Shown here piece by piece: positions 46,482 through 57,226 of a DNA stretch of 64,000 nucleotides. This DNA is from an uncultured Desulfovibrio sp. (GTDB lineage: Bacteria; Desulfobacterota; Desulfovibrionia; Desulfovibrionales; Desulfovibrionaceae). The number at the start of each line of letters is the position of its first letter. Positions within the stretch are counted from its first letter, which is position 1. The translations under genes were made by a program, and so were the position numbers. The stretch is from the NCBI RefSeq assembly GCF_910584445.1, contig NZ_CAJUBO010000006.1, forward strand, positions 42,240-106,239, in the 5' to 3' direction. Below the pieces are notes generated by a model. The model did not search any database. It was not told the origin of the DNA and saw nothing but the letters and a program-made list of their open reading frames with translations.

Positions 46482-48965
46482 TCAGGATTCCATACCTTGT
46501 CGGCCCGCATCCGGCCCGGAAGCGGCGTCCGCCTCTTCCCGGAGAAAGCCCCGGGCTGCGCGCACGCCGCTCACGGCATCCTCGCAATAGGCGTCAGCGC
46601 CGATGGACTCGGCAAAAGCCCTGGTCACGGCGGCGCCCCCGACCATGACCCGGATGGGCAGCCCGCGCTCACGGATGAGCCGGATCGTATCCTCCATCCG
46701 CACCATGGTCGTGGTCATCAGCGCGGAAAGCCCGATGATACGCGCCTTGTGGCGCATCGCGCAAGCCAGAATTTCCTCGGCGGGCACGTCCTTGCCCGCA
46801 TCCACCACCTCAAAGCCATGGTTGCCGAGCAGGAGCGCCACGATATTCTTCCCGATGTCGTGGATGTCGCCTTCCACGGTGGCAAGCACGATGACCGGCC
46901 GTTTTTCGGGCCCGCGCCGCGCCTCGAGCAGCGGCCTGAGGCGCCCGAAGGCCAGCTGCATGGTCTCCGCCGCCCGGATCAGCTGGGGCAGAAAATATTC
47001 ACGCCGCTCGTAGCGCTCGCCCACCTCGGTGATGGCCGGGACAAGTATCCCGTCCACGATCTCCAGCGGGTCCGTGCCGGCGGCAAGCTCCTTTTCCAGC
47101 AGCGCGGGGGCGCCTTCCTTGTCGCCCTGGAGCACCGCGTCATGGAGGGTCGCGGCAACGGCGGTTCCCGGGGCGTTGCCGCCCCGGATGGCGGCGCTCC
47201 CGCCGCCGGGTCTCCAGTCGCCAAAGGCGCCGATAAAGGCCGCGGCATGGGCGTCATGGCCGCGAAGGGCGGCCACGGCCGCCGTTGTCTCGCGCATCAG
47301 CGGCGCTGTCGGATTGGCGATGCAGGAGGCAAGGCCGGACCCCACGGCCATGCCCAGGAAGGTCGCGTTCAGCAGGGGCCGCGCCGGAAGCCCGAAAGAG
47401 ATATTGGAAAGGCCGATGGTCGTGGGCAAATGCTCCCGCCGGCACCACCGGGCAAACTCCAGACACTCGTTGACGCCTTCGGGCGTGGAGGAGATCGTCA
47501 GCGCCAGAATATCCACGAGGATCAGACGGCGCGGTATGCCCAGAGCCGTCGCGCGCCCGACAAGATCCTCCACGATACGGATGCGCTCGGCCGCGCGCAC
47601 CGGGAGCTTCCTCCCCTGAAGCGGCAGCAGGACAAAGGGCGCGCCGTACTGCCGGCAGAGCGGTCCCAGCGCTTCCATGCGGCCCTCTTCGCCACTGATG
47701 GAATTGATGAGGCACGAACCGGGACAATAGGGGAGCGCCGCGGCAATGGACTCCACATTGGAGGAATCGAGCGAAAGCGGCACCAGATGCCTGGCGATGA
47801 GACGCTGGGACAGCTCCGCGAGGCACGCGACCTCATCCACGAGCGGCGCCCCCACATTGACGTCCAGGACGGCCGCGCCGGCGGCCACCTGCTCGTCCGC
47901 GAGCCGCAGGGCCTCATCGAAACGCCCTTCCTGAAGCTCCGCGGCCAGGGCCGGCTTGCCCGTGGGATTGATGCGCTCGCCAATGACGGCCAGCGGTTCC
48001 TCCGCGCCGATACGCACAAGCGCCGAGCGGCTGGTGAGGGCAATGCCGCGGGAGGACGGCGCGGAACGCGGCGGACAGGTGACGGAATCCAGCGCGCGCG
48101 CGAGCGCGGCCACATGCTCGGGCGTCGTGCCGCAGCAACCGCCCAGCACGCCAACGCCCATGGCCGCGAAGGACGCCGTCTTTTGCGCGAAGCTCTCCGG
48201 ACCCATGGGAAAGACCGTCTGCCCGTCCCGCAGTTCCGGAAGGCCGGCATTGGGTTCCGCCATGACGGGGCACGCGCACACGTCAAGCAATTCCCGGACC
48301 ACGGGAAGCATCTCGTCCGGCCCGAGGCTGCAGTTGGTACCCACCACATCCGCGCCCAGATTCTGCATGGTCTCGGCGAAGATCTCCGGGCTGGAGCCGG
48401 TGAGGCTCACCCCGTGCTCAAAGGTCATGGACACCATGACAGGCAGGTCGCAGACCTGATGCGCGGCGGCAACGGCGGCGCGCGCCTCCGCGAGGTCGAA
48501 CTGCGTTTCCACAAAGATGAGATCGGCGCCGCCGGCGACGAGTCCCCGGATCTGCGCCGCGAAGCCTTCCACCAGTTCACGGGGTTCCAGCGTTCCCAGA
48601 GGACGCGCGAAAAGGCCACTCGGCCCCACATTGCCGGCCACAAAGACAGGACGGCCCGCGCGGGACGCCGCCAGCTGCGCCGCCTCGCGCGCCACCCCCG
48701 CCATGCGCCGGCAGACATCGAAGCTGTCAAGCCCGGGGGGCAGCTTGAACGGATTGGCGCCAAAGGTGCATGTGGTGATGATGTGTGAACCGGCATTGAG
48801 ATAGGCGAGATGGATGCCCCGGAGGATATCGGGGTTTTCCAGGCAATACTGTTCGGGGCTTACTCCGGCGGGCAGCCCCGCCGCCTGAAGCATGGTGCCC
48901 ATGGCTCCGTCCAGAAGGAGCGGACGCCCCTGGGCAAGAGCGCGACGAAACGGAAAAGTGTTCAT
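46482..48965 (-). CDS. metH: Cobalamin-dependent methionine synthase (short form; no obvious AdoMet reactivation domain)
   Basis: Hcy S-methyltransferase N-domain, pterin-binding domain and B12 motif GDIHDIGKN. ATG 48965 chosen; the 128-aa upstream ORF extension was discarded. Confidence 0.88.
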   Translation of the reverse strand: MNTFPFRRALAQGRPLLLDGAMGTMLQAAGLPAGVSPEQYCLENPDILRGIHLAYLNAGSHIITTCTFGANPFKLPPGLDSFDVCRRMAGVAREAAQLAASRAGRPVFVAGNVGPSGLFARPLGTLEPRELVEGFAAQIRGLVAGGADLIFVETQFDLAEARAAVAAAHQVCDLPVMVSMTFEHGVSLTGSSPEIFAETMQNLGADVVGTNCSLGPDEMLPVVRELLDVCACPVMAEPNAGLPELRDGQTVFPMGPESFAQKTASFAAMGVGVLGGCCGTTPEHVAALARALDSVTCPPRSAPSSRGIALTSRSALVRIGAEEPLAVIGERINPTGKPALAAELQEGRFDEALRLADEQVAAGAAVLDVNVGAPLVDEVACLAELSQRLIARHLVPLSLDSSNVESIAAALPYCPGSCLINSISGEEGRMEALGPLCRQYGAPFVLLPLQGRKLPVRAAERIRIVEDLVGRATALGIPRRLILVDILALTISSTPEGVNECLEFARWCRREHLPTTIGLSNISFGLPARPLLNATFLGMAVGSGLASCIANPTAPLMRETTAAVAALRGHDAHAAAFIGAFGDWRPGGGSAAIRGGNAPGTAVAATLHDAVLQGDKEGAPALLEKELAAGTDPLEIVDGILVPAITEVGERYERREYFLPQLIRAAETMQLAFGRLRPLLEARRGPEKRPVIVLATVEGDIHDIGKNIVALLLGNHGFEVVDAGKDVPAEEILACAMRHKARIIGLSALMTTTMVRMEDTIRLIRERGLPIRVMVGGAAVTRAFAESIGADAYCEDAVSGVRAARGFLREEADAASGPDAGRQGMES

Positions 48966-49034
48966 TTCATGACCCTCAGGCGATGGACGCGCGGCCGGGG
49001 CGTCATGCCCCGGCTTTTTTACTACTGAAAAACA

Positions 49035-49063
49035 TTGAAAAGGACAAATCAAAATTGTAGCAT
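49035..49063 (+). promoter_or_regulatory. Candidate sigma-70 promoter for the sigma-factor gene
   Basis: TTGAAA (49035-49040), 17-nt spacer, TAGCAT (49058-49063), in an AT-rich island. Confidence 0.4.
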
Positions 49064-49101
49064 AGGGCACTGCCGTCAGTTCCGAGCGGCAATGAGACCC
49101 T

Positions 49102-50349
49102 ATGACAAAAACACAAAAACGCTCCGCCAGAACCGACGCTCCGGAGTTCGTGAATATCTCCCCGGCGGCGGACAGCCCCGCCGCTGCCGGGGCACCAGGC
49201 CCGCGCAACGCCGTCATTCCGGAGATCCTGCCGGAAGATGCGCCGCGCCCCACCGCCGGCACAACGCCTTCAAGGGCCGGAGCCGGCGCGGATGTTTCCG
49301 TGCCACCGGAAGCGGCGGATGAGGACAGCCTTGAGGACGGCGCCGACATCCTCGATGTGGATGCCGATGACGAGGAAGGGCTGCTCCTCGATGACGACCA
49401 TCTGGACGCGGAGGCTCCCGATACCGACGACGCCGGGGATGACGGCCATGGACGGCTGCCCCTGCGCCGGACGGCATATCTGCCGTCTCCGGCGGCCCCG
49501 CGCGACAGTCTTCAGCTCTATCTGCGCGAGGTCAGCCGTTTTCCGCTGCTCAAGCCGGAGGAGGAACACGATCTCGCCGTGCGCGTGCGCGACGACAACG
49601 ACCCCGACGCGGCCTTCCGTCTCGTCTCGTCCCATCTGCGCCTCGTGGTCCGCATCGCCATGGACTTCCAGCGCCGCTGGATGCAGAACGTCCTCGACCT
49701 CGTGCAGGAAGGCAATGTGGGCCTCATGCGCGCCGTTCACAAGTTCGACCCGGACAAGGGCATCAAGTTCTCCTACTACGCCTCCTTCTGGATCAAGGCC
49801 TACATCCTCAAGTTCATCATGGACAACTGGAGGATGGTCAAGATCGGCACCACCCAAGTGCAGCGCAAGCTCTTCTACAACCTCAACCGCGAACGGCAGA
49901 AGCTCATCGCCCAGGGCTTCGACCCCGACGCCGCCATGCTTTCGGAACGGCTCGGCGTGAGCGAGGCGCAGGTCAACGAGATGGACCAGCGCCTGGCCTC
50001 CACCGATCTTTCCCTCAACGTCCAGGTGGGCGACGAGGGCGGCGCCACGCGCATGGACTTTCTCCCCGCCCTCGACCAGGGAGCGGAGGAACGCCTCGCC
50101 TCCGCCGAAGTGGCGCAGCTCGTCCGCGCGCAGCTCAAGACCATCCTGCCCAAACTCAATGACAAGGAGCAATATATCCTGCGCCACCGGCTGCTCACGG
50201 ATGAACCCGTGACCTTGCGTGAAATTGGCGAACGGTATAATATCACCCGCGAGCGCGTGCGCCAGCTTGAAGCGCGCCTGCTGGAAAAGATCGGCCAGCA
50301 TATCACGCTCGACGTCAAGGATTTTTCGCCGGAATGGATCCAGTCCTGA
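49102..50349 (+). CDS. rpoH: RpoH-like (sigma-32 family) RNA polymerase sigma factor with a long acidic N-terminal extension
   Basis: RpoH-box-like QRKLFYNLNRER plus regions 2-4 (YLREVSRFPLL, EGNVGLMRAVHKFD, TRERVRQLEARLL). Confidence 0.8.
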   Translation: MTKTQKRSARTDAPEFVNISPAADSPAAAGAPGPRNAVIPEILPEDAPRPTAGTTPSRAGAGADVSVPPEAADEDSLEDGADILDVDADDEEGLLLDDDHLDAEAPDTDDAGDDGHGRLPLRRTAYLPSPAAPRDSLQLYLREVSRFPLLKPEEEHDLAVRVRDDNDPDAAFRLVSSHLRLVVRIAMDFQRRWMQNVLDLVQEGNVGLMRAVHKFDPDKGIKFSYYASFWIKAYILKFIMDNWRMVKIGTTQVQRKLFYNLNRERQKLIAQGFDPDAAMLSERLGVSEAQVNEMDQRLASTDLSLNVQVGDEGGATRMDFLPALDQGAEERLASAEVAQLVRAQLKTILPKLNDKEQYILRHRLLTDEPVTLREIGERYNITRERVRQLEARLLEKIGQHITLDVKDFSPEWIQS

Positions 50350-50408
50350 CCGCGCGGCGACATGCGGCATTCAGGAACAACGCCAGCCGGGAAGGCGCGC
50401 CGAACTCC

Positions 50409-52466
50409 ATGAAACTGCCACGGAAAGGTCTCCGTCCCGTTTTTTTGCCGTTGCCCGCTCCGACGGCAAGGCGCTCCACGCGCGCGGCCGGCCGGCCGCT
50501 GCCGCTTTGTCCGGCGCGGCTCCGCGCTTTTGTGCTGTGCGCGTTCCTGCTGGCCGCCTGCGGCGGCAACGGGCAGGAAGCCCCCCCGCGCGCGGCCGCG
50601 GAACACGGCGCAACGCCGGCCGTCCAGGCGCAGTCCGCCCTCCCGGCAACCGTGGAGGCCGCCGCCCGCATCCTTCAGGAAACACCGCGCCTCAAGGCCC
50701 TGCCGACCATCCATGTGCGCCCGGTGGAACGGGAGCTTTCGCCCGAAGCCCTTGGCCTTTACGCCTACATGCGCGCCGTCCGCGCCATTCTTGATGATGA
50801 CGAGGCCGCTCTGCTCGATGCCGCCGCCCTGCTCACCGCACAGGCGGCCGGAAGCGATGCCGCACAGGAGCCGCCGGCATCCGCAGCACCCGCAGCGTCC
50901 GCAGCATCCGGCGCAGACGTTGCTCCGGCCACGGGCGTTCCCCCCGGACCGGCGCATACCGGCGCACCCCGCGCGGAAGCAGCGCGGACAGACGCCCCCG
51001 GGATCTGGCCCACGCAAATCTGGCTGGACGGCGGCGTCTGGCTCATGAGCCGCAAGTCGCCCAATGCCGTCGCCTATCTGGAACAGGCGCTCAAGGCGCA
51101 GCCCGAGGATCTTTCGCTCAATCTTCTCCATGCGGAAGCTCTGGGCGAACACGGCATGGCCGGGCGCGGCGCGGAACTCATGCGCGCCTATCTCGCGCGG
51201 CATCCCGACGCGCTTGATGCCCGCCTCGAGCTGGCGCTCCTGCTTGTCAAGGAACACAAGTTCGATGAGGCGGAAAAGCTCCTGACGGGGATCCCGGCCA
51301 AACAGCGCACCCCCCTGGTGGAATATTACCATGCCAAGGCGCTTGTGGGCATGGGGCGCAAGGCGGAGGCCATCCCCCTTCTGCGCCGTGCCGTCCGGGG
51401 CATGCCGGATTTTGTGGAAGCCCTGGCCGAACTGGCCTTTCTTCTTGAGCAGGAAGGCGAGCTTCGCGAGGCCCGCGCCACCTATGAAAAACTCGCCAGA
51501 TCCCATTTTTCGCCGCAGGATGTTTCCCTGCGTCTCGTGAATCTCTCCCTGCGGCTCAAGCAACCGGAAAAAGCCCTCCAATACATCAATCAGGGTCCGG
51601 ACACCGTGCCCTTCAAGCTCACGGCCGCGAGCATGCTCATGGACGCGCGCCACTACCTCCAGGCCGAGCGCCTGCTCAAGCAGCTCACGGCGAAAGAGGG
51701 TGCGCCGGACGATGTCTATCTCCTGCTTGCCGACCTCGCCTATGAGCAGCGCCGCGATCTGAACATGGCATTTTCCTGGCTGGACAGGATCGCGGCTTCC
51801 AGCCCCGCCGCCGTGCGCGCCCGCGTTCTCCGCATCCAGCTCCTTGCCGAAGCGGGCAAGACCGACGCGGCGCTGGAGCTTGCCCGCGCGAGCCAGCGCG
51901 ACTTTCCGCGCGCCGCGGAACTGCGCGATCTCGAGATCCGTCTCCTTGCCCGCCAGAAACAGATGGACGCCGCCCTCGCCGCCGCGCGCGCGGCGGTCGC
52001 CCAATGGCCCGACAATGCCGACCTCGCCTTTCTGCTCGGTTCCCTGCTGGACGAAAGCGGCAACAAGCGGGAAGCCATGGACGTCATGGAAGGCATTCTG
52101 AAAAAACAGCCGGACAATTTCCAGGCCCTCAACTATGTGGGCTATACCCTGGCCGAGGAAAACCGCGAACTTGACCGCGCGCTTCAGCTCCTGTCACGCG
52201 CGGATGCGCTTTCACCGGATCAGGCGTATATCGTCGATTCCCTTGCCTGGGCCTTGTTCCGTGCCGGCAGGGCGGAAGAGGCGCTCGCCAAGATCAGGCA
52301 GGCCGTGGGCCTTGAAGGCCCGGTGGACGCCACCATTTGGGAGCATTACGGCGACATAGCGCGCCACCTTGGTCATGCCGGCGAAGCGCGCCGCGCCTAC
52401 CAGAAAGCGCTCGACCTCAAACCCGACAATGCGGAGGCATTGCGGCAACGGCTTGCCCATCCATGA
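50409..52466 (+). CDS. TPR-repeat lipoprotein
   Basis: Lipobox LLAAC. Multiple TPR-like repeats through the C-terminal 450 aa. Confidence 0.75.
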   Translation: MKLPRKGLRPVFLPLPAPTARRSTRAAGRPLPLCPARLRAFVLCAFLLAACGGNGQEAPPRAAAEHGATPAVQAQSALPATVEAAARILQETPRLKALPTIHVRPVERELSPEALGLYAYMRAVRAILDDDEAALLDAAALLTAQAAGSDAAQEPPASAAPAASAASGADVAPATGVPPGPAHTGAPRAEAARTDAPGIWPTQIWLDGGVWLMSRKSPNAVAYLEQALKAQPEDLSLNLLHAEALGEHGMAGRGAELMRAYLARHPDALDARLELALLLVKEHKFDEAEKLLTGIPAKQRTPLVEYYHAKALVGMGRKAEAIPLLRRAVRGMPDFVEALAELAFLLEQEGELREARATYEKLARSHFSPQDVSLRLVNLSLRLKQPEKALQYINQGPDTVPFKLTAASMLMDARHYLQAERLLKQLTAKEGAPDDVYLLLADLAYEQRRDLNMAFSWLDRIAASSPAAVRARVLRIQLLAEAGKTDAALELARASQRDFPRAAELRDLEIRLLARQKQMDAALAAARAAVAQWPDNADLAFLLGSLLDESGNKREAMDVMEGILKKQPDNFQALNYVGYTLAEENRELDRALQLLSRADALSPDQAYIVDSLAWALFRAGRAEEALAKIRQAVGLEGPVDATIWEHYGDIARHLGHAGEARRAYQKALDLKPDNAEALRQRLAHP

Positions 52467-53251
52467 AAAAGCTCGTCCTCTTCTGCATGGCCCTGCTTCT
52501 CTGCGCCTGCGCCAAACAGCCCCCCCTGCCCGGCGCCCCCGAGGGGGAAGACGCGTCGATCCTTGCGCGCCGCTGGCAGGCATATACGGATACCGGCGCT
52601 GTGGCGAAGGCGCCCTACCGTCTCCAGATGAGCCTGCGTTTCGGGGAGGAAGGCAACACCCGCCGCGTCACGGCGCTGCTCTGGGGCAACGGCGGCCGGG
52701 AACTCCGGCTCGACGTCATGGCGGGGGTGGGCACCGTGGTCGCCAAGATCCTTGAGGACGGCCAGCACTTCCTCGTCTATGCGCCCCTGGAAAACAAGGC
52801 ATACTTCCATCAGGGCGCGGCCAGTCCGCTGCTCAGGGTGGGCGTGCCCGTGCCCTTCGGCCTGTCACGCCTGACGGCCCTGCTCACCGGCCACTACAGC
52901 GCCGCGTTCGGCGACAGCCATGCCGGGTCCAGCCTGCTGCCTGACGGCCTGGCCCGGTATGCGCTGGAAGGAACGCCCGGCGGCCGCCTGGACCTGGATG
53001 CCGCGGGCCGGCCCGTCGCCTGGCGCGAAACCGCGGCGGACGGCTGGCGGATGGAGATCGTCTATGACGACGGCCCCCCCCCCCTGCCCCGGCGGCTCAA
53101 CCTGACCCACGGCAGCGGCAAACGCGCCCTCCTTCTCGTCAAGGAGCGCGAACATCCCGGCACCCCCTTTACCCCGGAGCAGATGCGACTTACCTTGCCG
53201 GAGGGGGCGCCCCTGCTTCCGCTTTCCCAGTATCGCGCCCACAATTCCTGA
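52463..53251 (+). CDS. Outer-membrane lipoprotein, putatively LolB-like (DUF4292 type)
   Basis: Lipobox LLCAC. ATGA overlap with the TPR gene. Function inferred from size, lipobox and the lolB-ispE-prs-like neighbourhood. Confidence 0.55.
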   Translation: MKKLVLFCMALLLCACAKQPPLPGAPEGEDASILARRWQAYTDTGAVAKAPYRLQMSLRFGEEGNTRRVTALLWGNGGRELRLDVMAGVGTVVAKILEDGQHFLVYAPLENKAYFHQGAASPLLRVGVPVPFGLSRLTALLTGHYSAAFGDSHAGSSLLPDGLARYALEGTPGGRLDLDAAGRPVAWRETAADGWRMEIVYDDGPPPLPRRLNLTHGSGKRALLLVKEREHPGTPFTPEQMRLTLPEGAPLLPLSQYRAHNS

Positions 53252-53293
53252 GCCGCGAGAGCGGTTCCGGACGCACGCGCAAAGGAGTCTTGC

Positions 53294-53728
53294 ATGTCCC
53301 TCGTTCATCTGGCCTCGGACCATGCCGGGTACGCGCTCAAGGACCTTCTCGCCCGCGAGCTGGCCGTCCGGGGCTTCACAGTCAGGGATCACGGCACAGA
53401 TTCCCGGGAAAGCTGCGACTATCCGGTTTTTGCCCACAGGCTCTGCTCGGCGCTGCTGCATGAGGGCGGCCAGGGCATCCTCGTCTGCGGCAGCGGCATC
53501 GGCATGTCCATGGCCGCCAACCGCCACGACGGGATCCGCGCGGCCCTCTGCACCACCGAACTCCATGCCCGGTTGAGCCGCCGCCACAACGATGCCAATG
53601 TGCTGTGCCTGGGCGCGCGCATCACGGGTGAGGAGCTGGCGCTCGCCATCATGGCGGCATTTCTTGAGACCGGGTTCGAAGGCGGCCGCCACCAGCGGCG
53701 CATCGACCAGATCACGCCCCGCGCCTGA
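53294..53728 (+). CDS. rpiB: Ribose-5-phosphate isomerase B
   Basis: SDHAGYALK, CGSGIGMSMAANR and NDANVLCLGAR. Confidence 0.92.
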   Translation: MSLVHLASDHAGYALKDLLARELAVRGFTVRDHGTDSRESCDYPVFAHRLCSALLHEGGQGILVCGSGIGMSMAANRHDGIRAALCTTELHARLSRRHNDANVLCLGARITGEELALAIMAAFLETGFEGGRHQRRIDQITPRA

Positions 53729-53770
53729 ATCCGGACATCAGAGGCCGCCGGCGCGGCCTGAAGGACTGTC

Positions 53771-55222
53771 ATGCAACTGTACAACACCCTTGGCCGGCGC
53801 AAGGAGGAATTCATTCCCGTGCGCCCCGGCAAGGCGCACATCTACGTCTGCGGCATCACCTCCTACGACTACTGCCATATCGGCCATGCCCGTTCGGCCA
53901 TCGTCTTCGACATCCTGGTGCGCCAGCTCCGTCACCTGGGGCTGGAAGTGCTCTTTGTCCGCAATTTTACGGATGTGGACGACAAGATCATCCGCCGCGC
54001 GGAAAGCGAGAACCGCGACTGGCGCGAAATCGCCGCCACCTATATGGCAGCCTTCCATGAAGACATGGATCGTCTGGGCGTCCTCCGGGCCGACCTTGAG
54101 CCGCGCGCCACGGAATCCATCCCCCAGATACAGGAACTCTGCTCCCGCCTCATCGCCGCCGGCAAGGCGTACGCCACGCCCGGCGGCGACGTCTATTTCC
54201 GCGTGCGCGCCTATGCTCCCTACGGCAGGCTTTCGCGCCGCAGCCTCGACGAACTCATGGCCGGGGCGCGCGTGGTCCCCGGCGAGGAAAAGGAAGACCC
54301 GCTCGACTTTGCCCTCTGGAAGGCCGCCAAGCCCGGCGAGCCTTCGTGGGAAAGCCCGTGGGGACCGGGGCGCCCGGGCTGGCACATCGAATGCTCGGCC
54401 ATGAGCCAGCCCTTCCTGCCGCTTGATATCCACGGCGGCGGCCAGGATCTCATTTTTCCCCATCATGAGAACGAGATCGCCCAGACGGAAGCGGTCTGCG
54501 CGTGCGAACTCGCCAGGTTCTGGGTCCATAACGGATTCGTGCAGATCGATCAGGAAAAGATGTCCAAGTCCCTCGGCAATTTCACCACCATCCGCGACAT
54601 CCTGCGCGACTATCTGCCGGAGAGCCTGCGTTTCTTCCTGCTGGGCAAGCACTACCGCAGCCCCATCGACTTCAGCCCGGAGGCCATGGATGATGCGGAA
54701 AAAGGCCAGCAGCGCGTATATGCGGCCCTGCGCGATGCCGTGCGTGCGCTGGGGCGCGCCTCGTGGAAGGCGACGCCGCTTCCCGCCGGTCTGCGGGAGG
54801 AATGGGACGCCCTCGACGGCGCCGTTTCCGCCGCCATGGACGACGATCTCAATACGGCCCAGGCGCTGGGACACATCTTTTCGCAGGTACGCATCGTCAA
54901 CCGTCTGCTGGAAGACAAGGCGCTGCGGGCCGCCCGGGGCACGGGCGACCTGCTGGAGGACTTTCTCGCGCGTGCCCGCCAGTGGCACACGCGCTTCGGT
55001 CTTTTCGGCCAGGAGCCAGACGCGTTCCTGACGGACCTGCGCGCCATGCGCGCCCGGCGCCGCAAGCTCGACCTCGACCGCGTGGAGGAACTCCTCGCGC
55101 GGCGCGTCCAGGCCCGGGCCGCAAAAGACTTTGCCGGCTCGGACGCCCTGCGCGAAACGCTCGCCGCCATGGGCGTGAGCGTGCGCGACACCCCCCAAGG
55201 CCAGGAATGGGACCTGGAGTGA
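53771..55222 (+). CDS. cysS: Cysteinyl-tRNA synthetase
   Basis: HIGHARS (HIGH motif), KMSKS and WHIECS. Confidence 0.96.
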   Translation: MQLYNTLGRRKEEFIPVRPGKAHIYVCGITSYDYCHIGHARSAIVFDILVRQLRHLGLEVLFVRNFTDVDDKIIRRAESENRDWREIAATYMAAFHEDMDRLGVLRADLEPRATESIPQIQELCSRLIAAGKAYATPGGDVYFRVRAYAPYGRLSRRSLDELMAGARVVPGEEKEDPLDFALWKAAKPGEPSWESPWGPGRPGWHIECSAMSQPFLPLDIHGGGQDLIFPHHENEIAQTEAVCACELARFWVHNGFVQIDQEKMSKSLGNFTTIRDILRDYLPESLRFFLLGKHYRSPIDFSPEAMDDAEKGQQRVYAALRDAVRALGRASWKATPLPAGLREEWDALDGAVSAAMDDDLNTAQALGHIFSQVRIVNRLLEDKALRAARGTGDLLEDFLARARQWHTRFGLFGQEPDAFLTDLRAMRARRRKLDLDRVEELLARRVQARAAKDFAGSDALRETLAAMGVSVRDTPQGQEWDLE

Positions 55223-55277
55223 TCACCGCCCCCCGCGTTCCCGGCGCTTCCGGGGACAGACCCGACCCAAGGAGCAT

Positions 55278-56690
55278 ATGTCCTTTTCCCTCCGCCATTT
55301 TCGCCGCGTAACGGCGCTCTTCGTCATTCTTGCCCTCCTGCTCCCCCTGGCGTTTCCGCCCAGGGCCGGAGCATTCTTCCTTGGCGGCGTTTCGCTCAAG
55401 GATGAAAAGGAGATGGGCCACAAGTTCGATGTCATGGTCCGCTCCCACCTGCCCATCGTCGAAGACCCCGAAGTCAGCCAGTATGTGGCCGGCGTGCTCA
55501 AGCGGCTGGTCAGGGCCATTCCGCCGCAGCCCTTTGAGTTCACGTCCTCGGTGGTGCTGCACAATGCGCTCAATGCGTTCGCCGTGCCCGGGGGCTATGT
55601 TTTCGTCTTTACCGGCATGATCATGAATCTGGAACGGGAGGAGGAGCTGGCCGGCGTGCTCGCCCACGAACTGGCCCATGTGACGCAGCGCCATGTGGCG
55701 GCGCGACTGGAACGTGCCCAGTACCTGACCCTGGGTTCCCTGCTCGTGGCCGTGGCAGGGGTGGCGCTGGGCGGTCCCGCGGGGGGCGCAGCGGCGGTGA
55801 GCGCCGCCGGGGCAAGCCAGTCGGCCATGCTCAATTACAGCAGGATGGATGAGAGCGAGGCCGACAACCTCGGCCTGCAATATCTGGTGGCCGCGGGCTA
55901 CCCCCCCTCGGGCATGGTCGGCGGTTTCAAGGTGCTGCGCCACAAGAACTGGATGAGCGGCATCAACATCCCCACCTACCTTTCCACCCATCCCGCCATC
56001 GGCGACCGCGTCAACGGACTCCAGGCCCGTATCGAAACGCTGCCCGCGTCCGTCCGCAACCGCACCTTCGACAATCGCCGCTACCAGCGCGTCAAGACGC
56101 TGCTCTGGGCGCGCTATGGCGACGAACAGGCGGCATTGCAGCGCTTTTCGGGCAGGGACGGCCTCTCCCGCATGGGCAGGGGCATCGTCCTGGCGCGCCA
56201 GAACCGCGTCAACGACGCCGCCGCGGCATTCGAGGAGGCGCTGGCCGCCGCCCCCGCCGACCCCCTGGTGCTGCGCGAGGCCGGAGCCTTCCACTACCGC
56301 AAGGGCAGCATGGATCGCGCCGAGAAGCTGCTGAGCGAAGCCATGCGCCGCGATCCCCGGGACTTCATGGCATCCTTTTTCTACGCCCGCATGCTGGACG
56401 AAACCGGGCGTCACGCGCAGGCGGCCAGGCATTATGCCGATGTCCTGCGCCATGTGCCGCAGGACCCGGAAGTGCATGAAGCCTATGCGCGCTCTCTCGG
56501 CACGGCGGGCAGGACGCCCGAAGCCTATATCCACATGACCTACAGCGCGCTCTACGCCAATAATCGCAAACTGACGGAACGCTATTTCAACCAGGCAAAG
56601 GCCCTGGCCGCAAAAATGGCGGACCAGCGCGCCTTCCGGCGCCTGGAGGCCGCGTACAAGGAACGCAAGGAAATCTGGGAAAAGAGCTGA
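55278..56690 (+). CDS. M48-family metalloprotease with C-terminal TPR domain (BepA-like)
   Basis: [10 protein letters not shown] zinc motif, signal/TM N-terminus and TPR-like C-terminal half. Confidence 0.85.
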   Translation: MSFSLRHFRRVTALFVILALLLPLAFPPRAGAFFLGGVSLKDEKEMGHKFDVMVRSHLPIVEDPEVSQYVAGVLKRLVRAIPPQPFEFTSSVVLHNALNAFAVPGGYVFVFTGMIMNLEREEELAGVLAHELAHVTQRHVAARLERAQYLTLGSLLVAVAGVALGGPAGGAAAVSAAGASQSAMLNYSRMDESEADNLGLQYLVAAGYPPSGMVGGFKVLRHKNWMSGINIPTYLSTHPAIGDRVNGLQARIETLPASVRNRTFDNRRYQRVKTLLWARYGDEQAALQRFSGRDGLSRMGRGIVLARQNRVNDAAAAFEEALAAAPADPLVLREAGAFHYRKGSMDRAEKLLSEAMRRDPRDFMASFFYARMLDETGRHAQAARHYADVLRHVPQDPEVHEAYARSLGTAGRTPEAYIHMTYSALYANNRKLTERYFNQAKALAAKMADQRAFRRLEAAYKERKEIWEKS

Positions 56691-57226
56691 TGATGGAAAC
56701 ACACGCCACAACCATTCTCGCCGTGAAAAAAAACGGCCAGGTCGCCATGGCCGGGGACGGTCAGGTGACGCTTGGGCAGAGCATGGTCATGAAGCATACC
56801 GCGCACAAGGTGCGCCGGCTCCATGAAGGACGCGTCCTCGCGGGTTTTGCGGGCGCCACGGCCGATGCCTTCACCCTTTTTGAGCTTTTTGAGGCCAAAC
56901 TCAAGGAAATGCGGGGCAATCTCCTGCGCGCCGCCGTGGAGATGACCAAGGAATGGCGCAAGGACAAATACCTCCGCAAGCTTGAGGCCATGCTCCTGCT
57001 CGCCGATAGCGAACACCTCCTGCTCGTTTCCGGCACGGGCGATGTCATCGAACCCGATGACGACGTGGCGGTCATCGGCAGCGGCGGACCCTATGCCCTG
57101 GCGGCGGCGCGGGCCTTGCTGCGCCACAGCGGCCTGGACGCGGCCGAGGTGGCGCGGGAGGCCATGGCAATCGCAGCGGAGATCTGCGTCTATACCAATG
57201 ACCGCCTGACCCTGGAAACCCTGTGA
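56690..57226 (+). CDS. hslV: ATP-dependent protease subunit HslV
   Basis: [27 protein letters not shown]..., a CodW/HslV-type N-terminus with TT after a short propeptide. Confidence 0.9.
   Translation: MMETHATTILAVKKNGQVAMAGDGQVTLGQSMVMKHTAHKVRRLHEGRVLAGFAGATADAFTLFELFEAKLKEMRGNLLRAAVEMTKEWRKDKYLRKLEAMLLLADSEHLLLVSGTGDVIEPDDDVAVIGSGGPYALAAARALLRHSGLDAAEVAREAMAIAAEICVYTNDRLTLETL

Noticed and set aside
46314-48788. 824-aa plus-strand ORF
   Set aside because: Antisense to metH. Low-complexity Arg/Gly/His-rich translation.
48966-49349. 128-aa N-terminal extension of the metH ORF
   Set aside because: The extension overlaps the sigma-factor promoter and start on the other strand and is low-complexity. 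MNTFPFRR at 48965 aligns with the Hcy-methyltransferase domain start and has an RBS.
49875-52004. 709-aa minus-strand ORF
   Set aside because: Antisense to the sigma-factor and TPR lipoprotein genes. No motifs.
54897-56711. 604-aa minus-strand ORF
   Set aside because: Antisense to cysS and the M48 protease gene. Shadow ORF.
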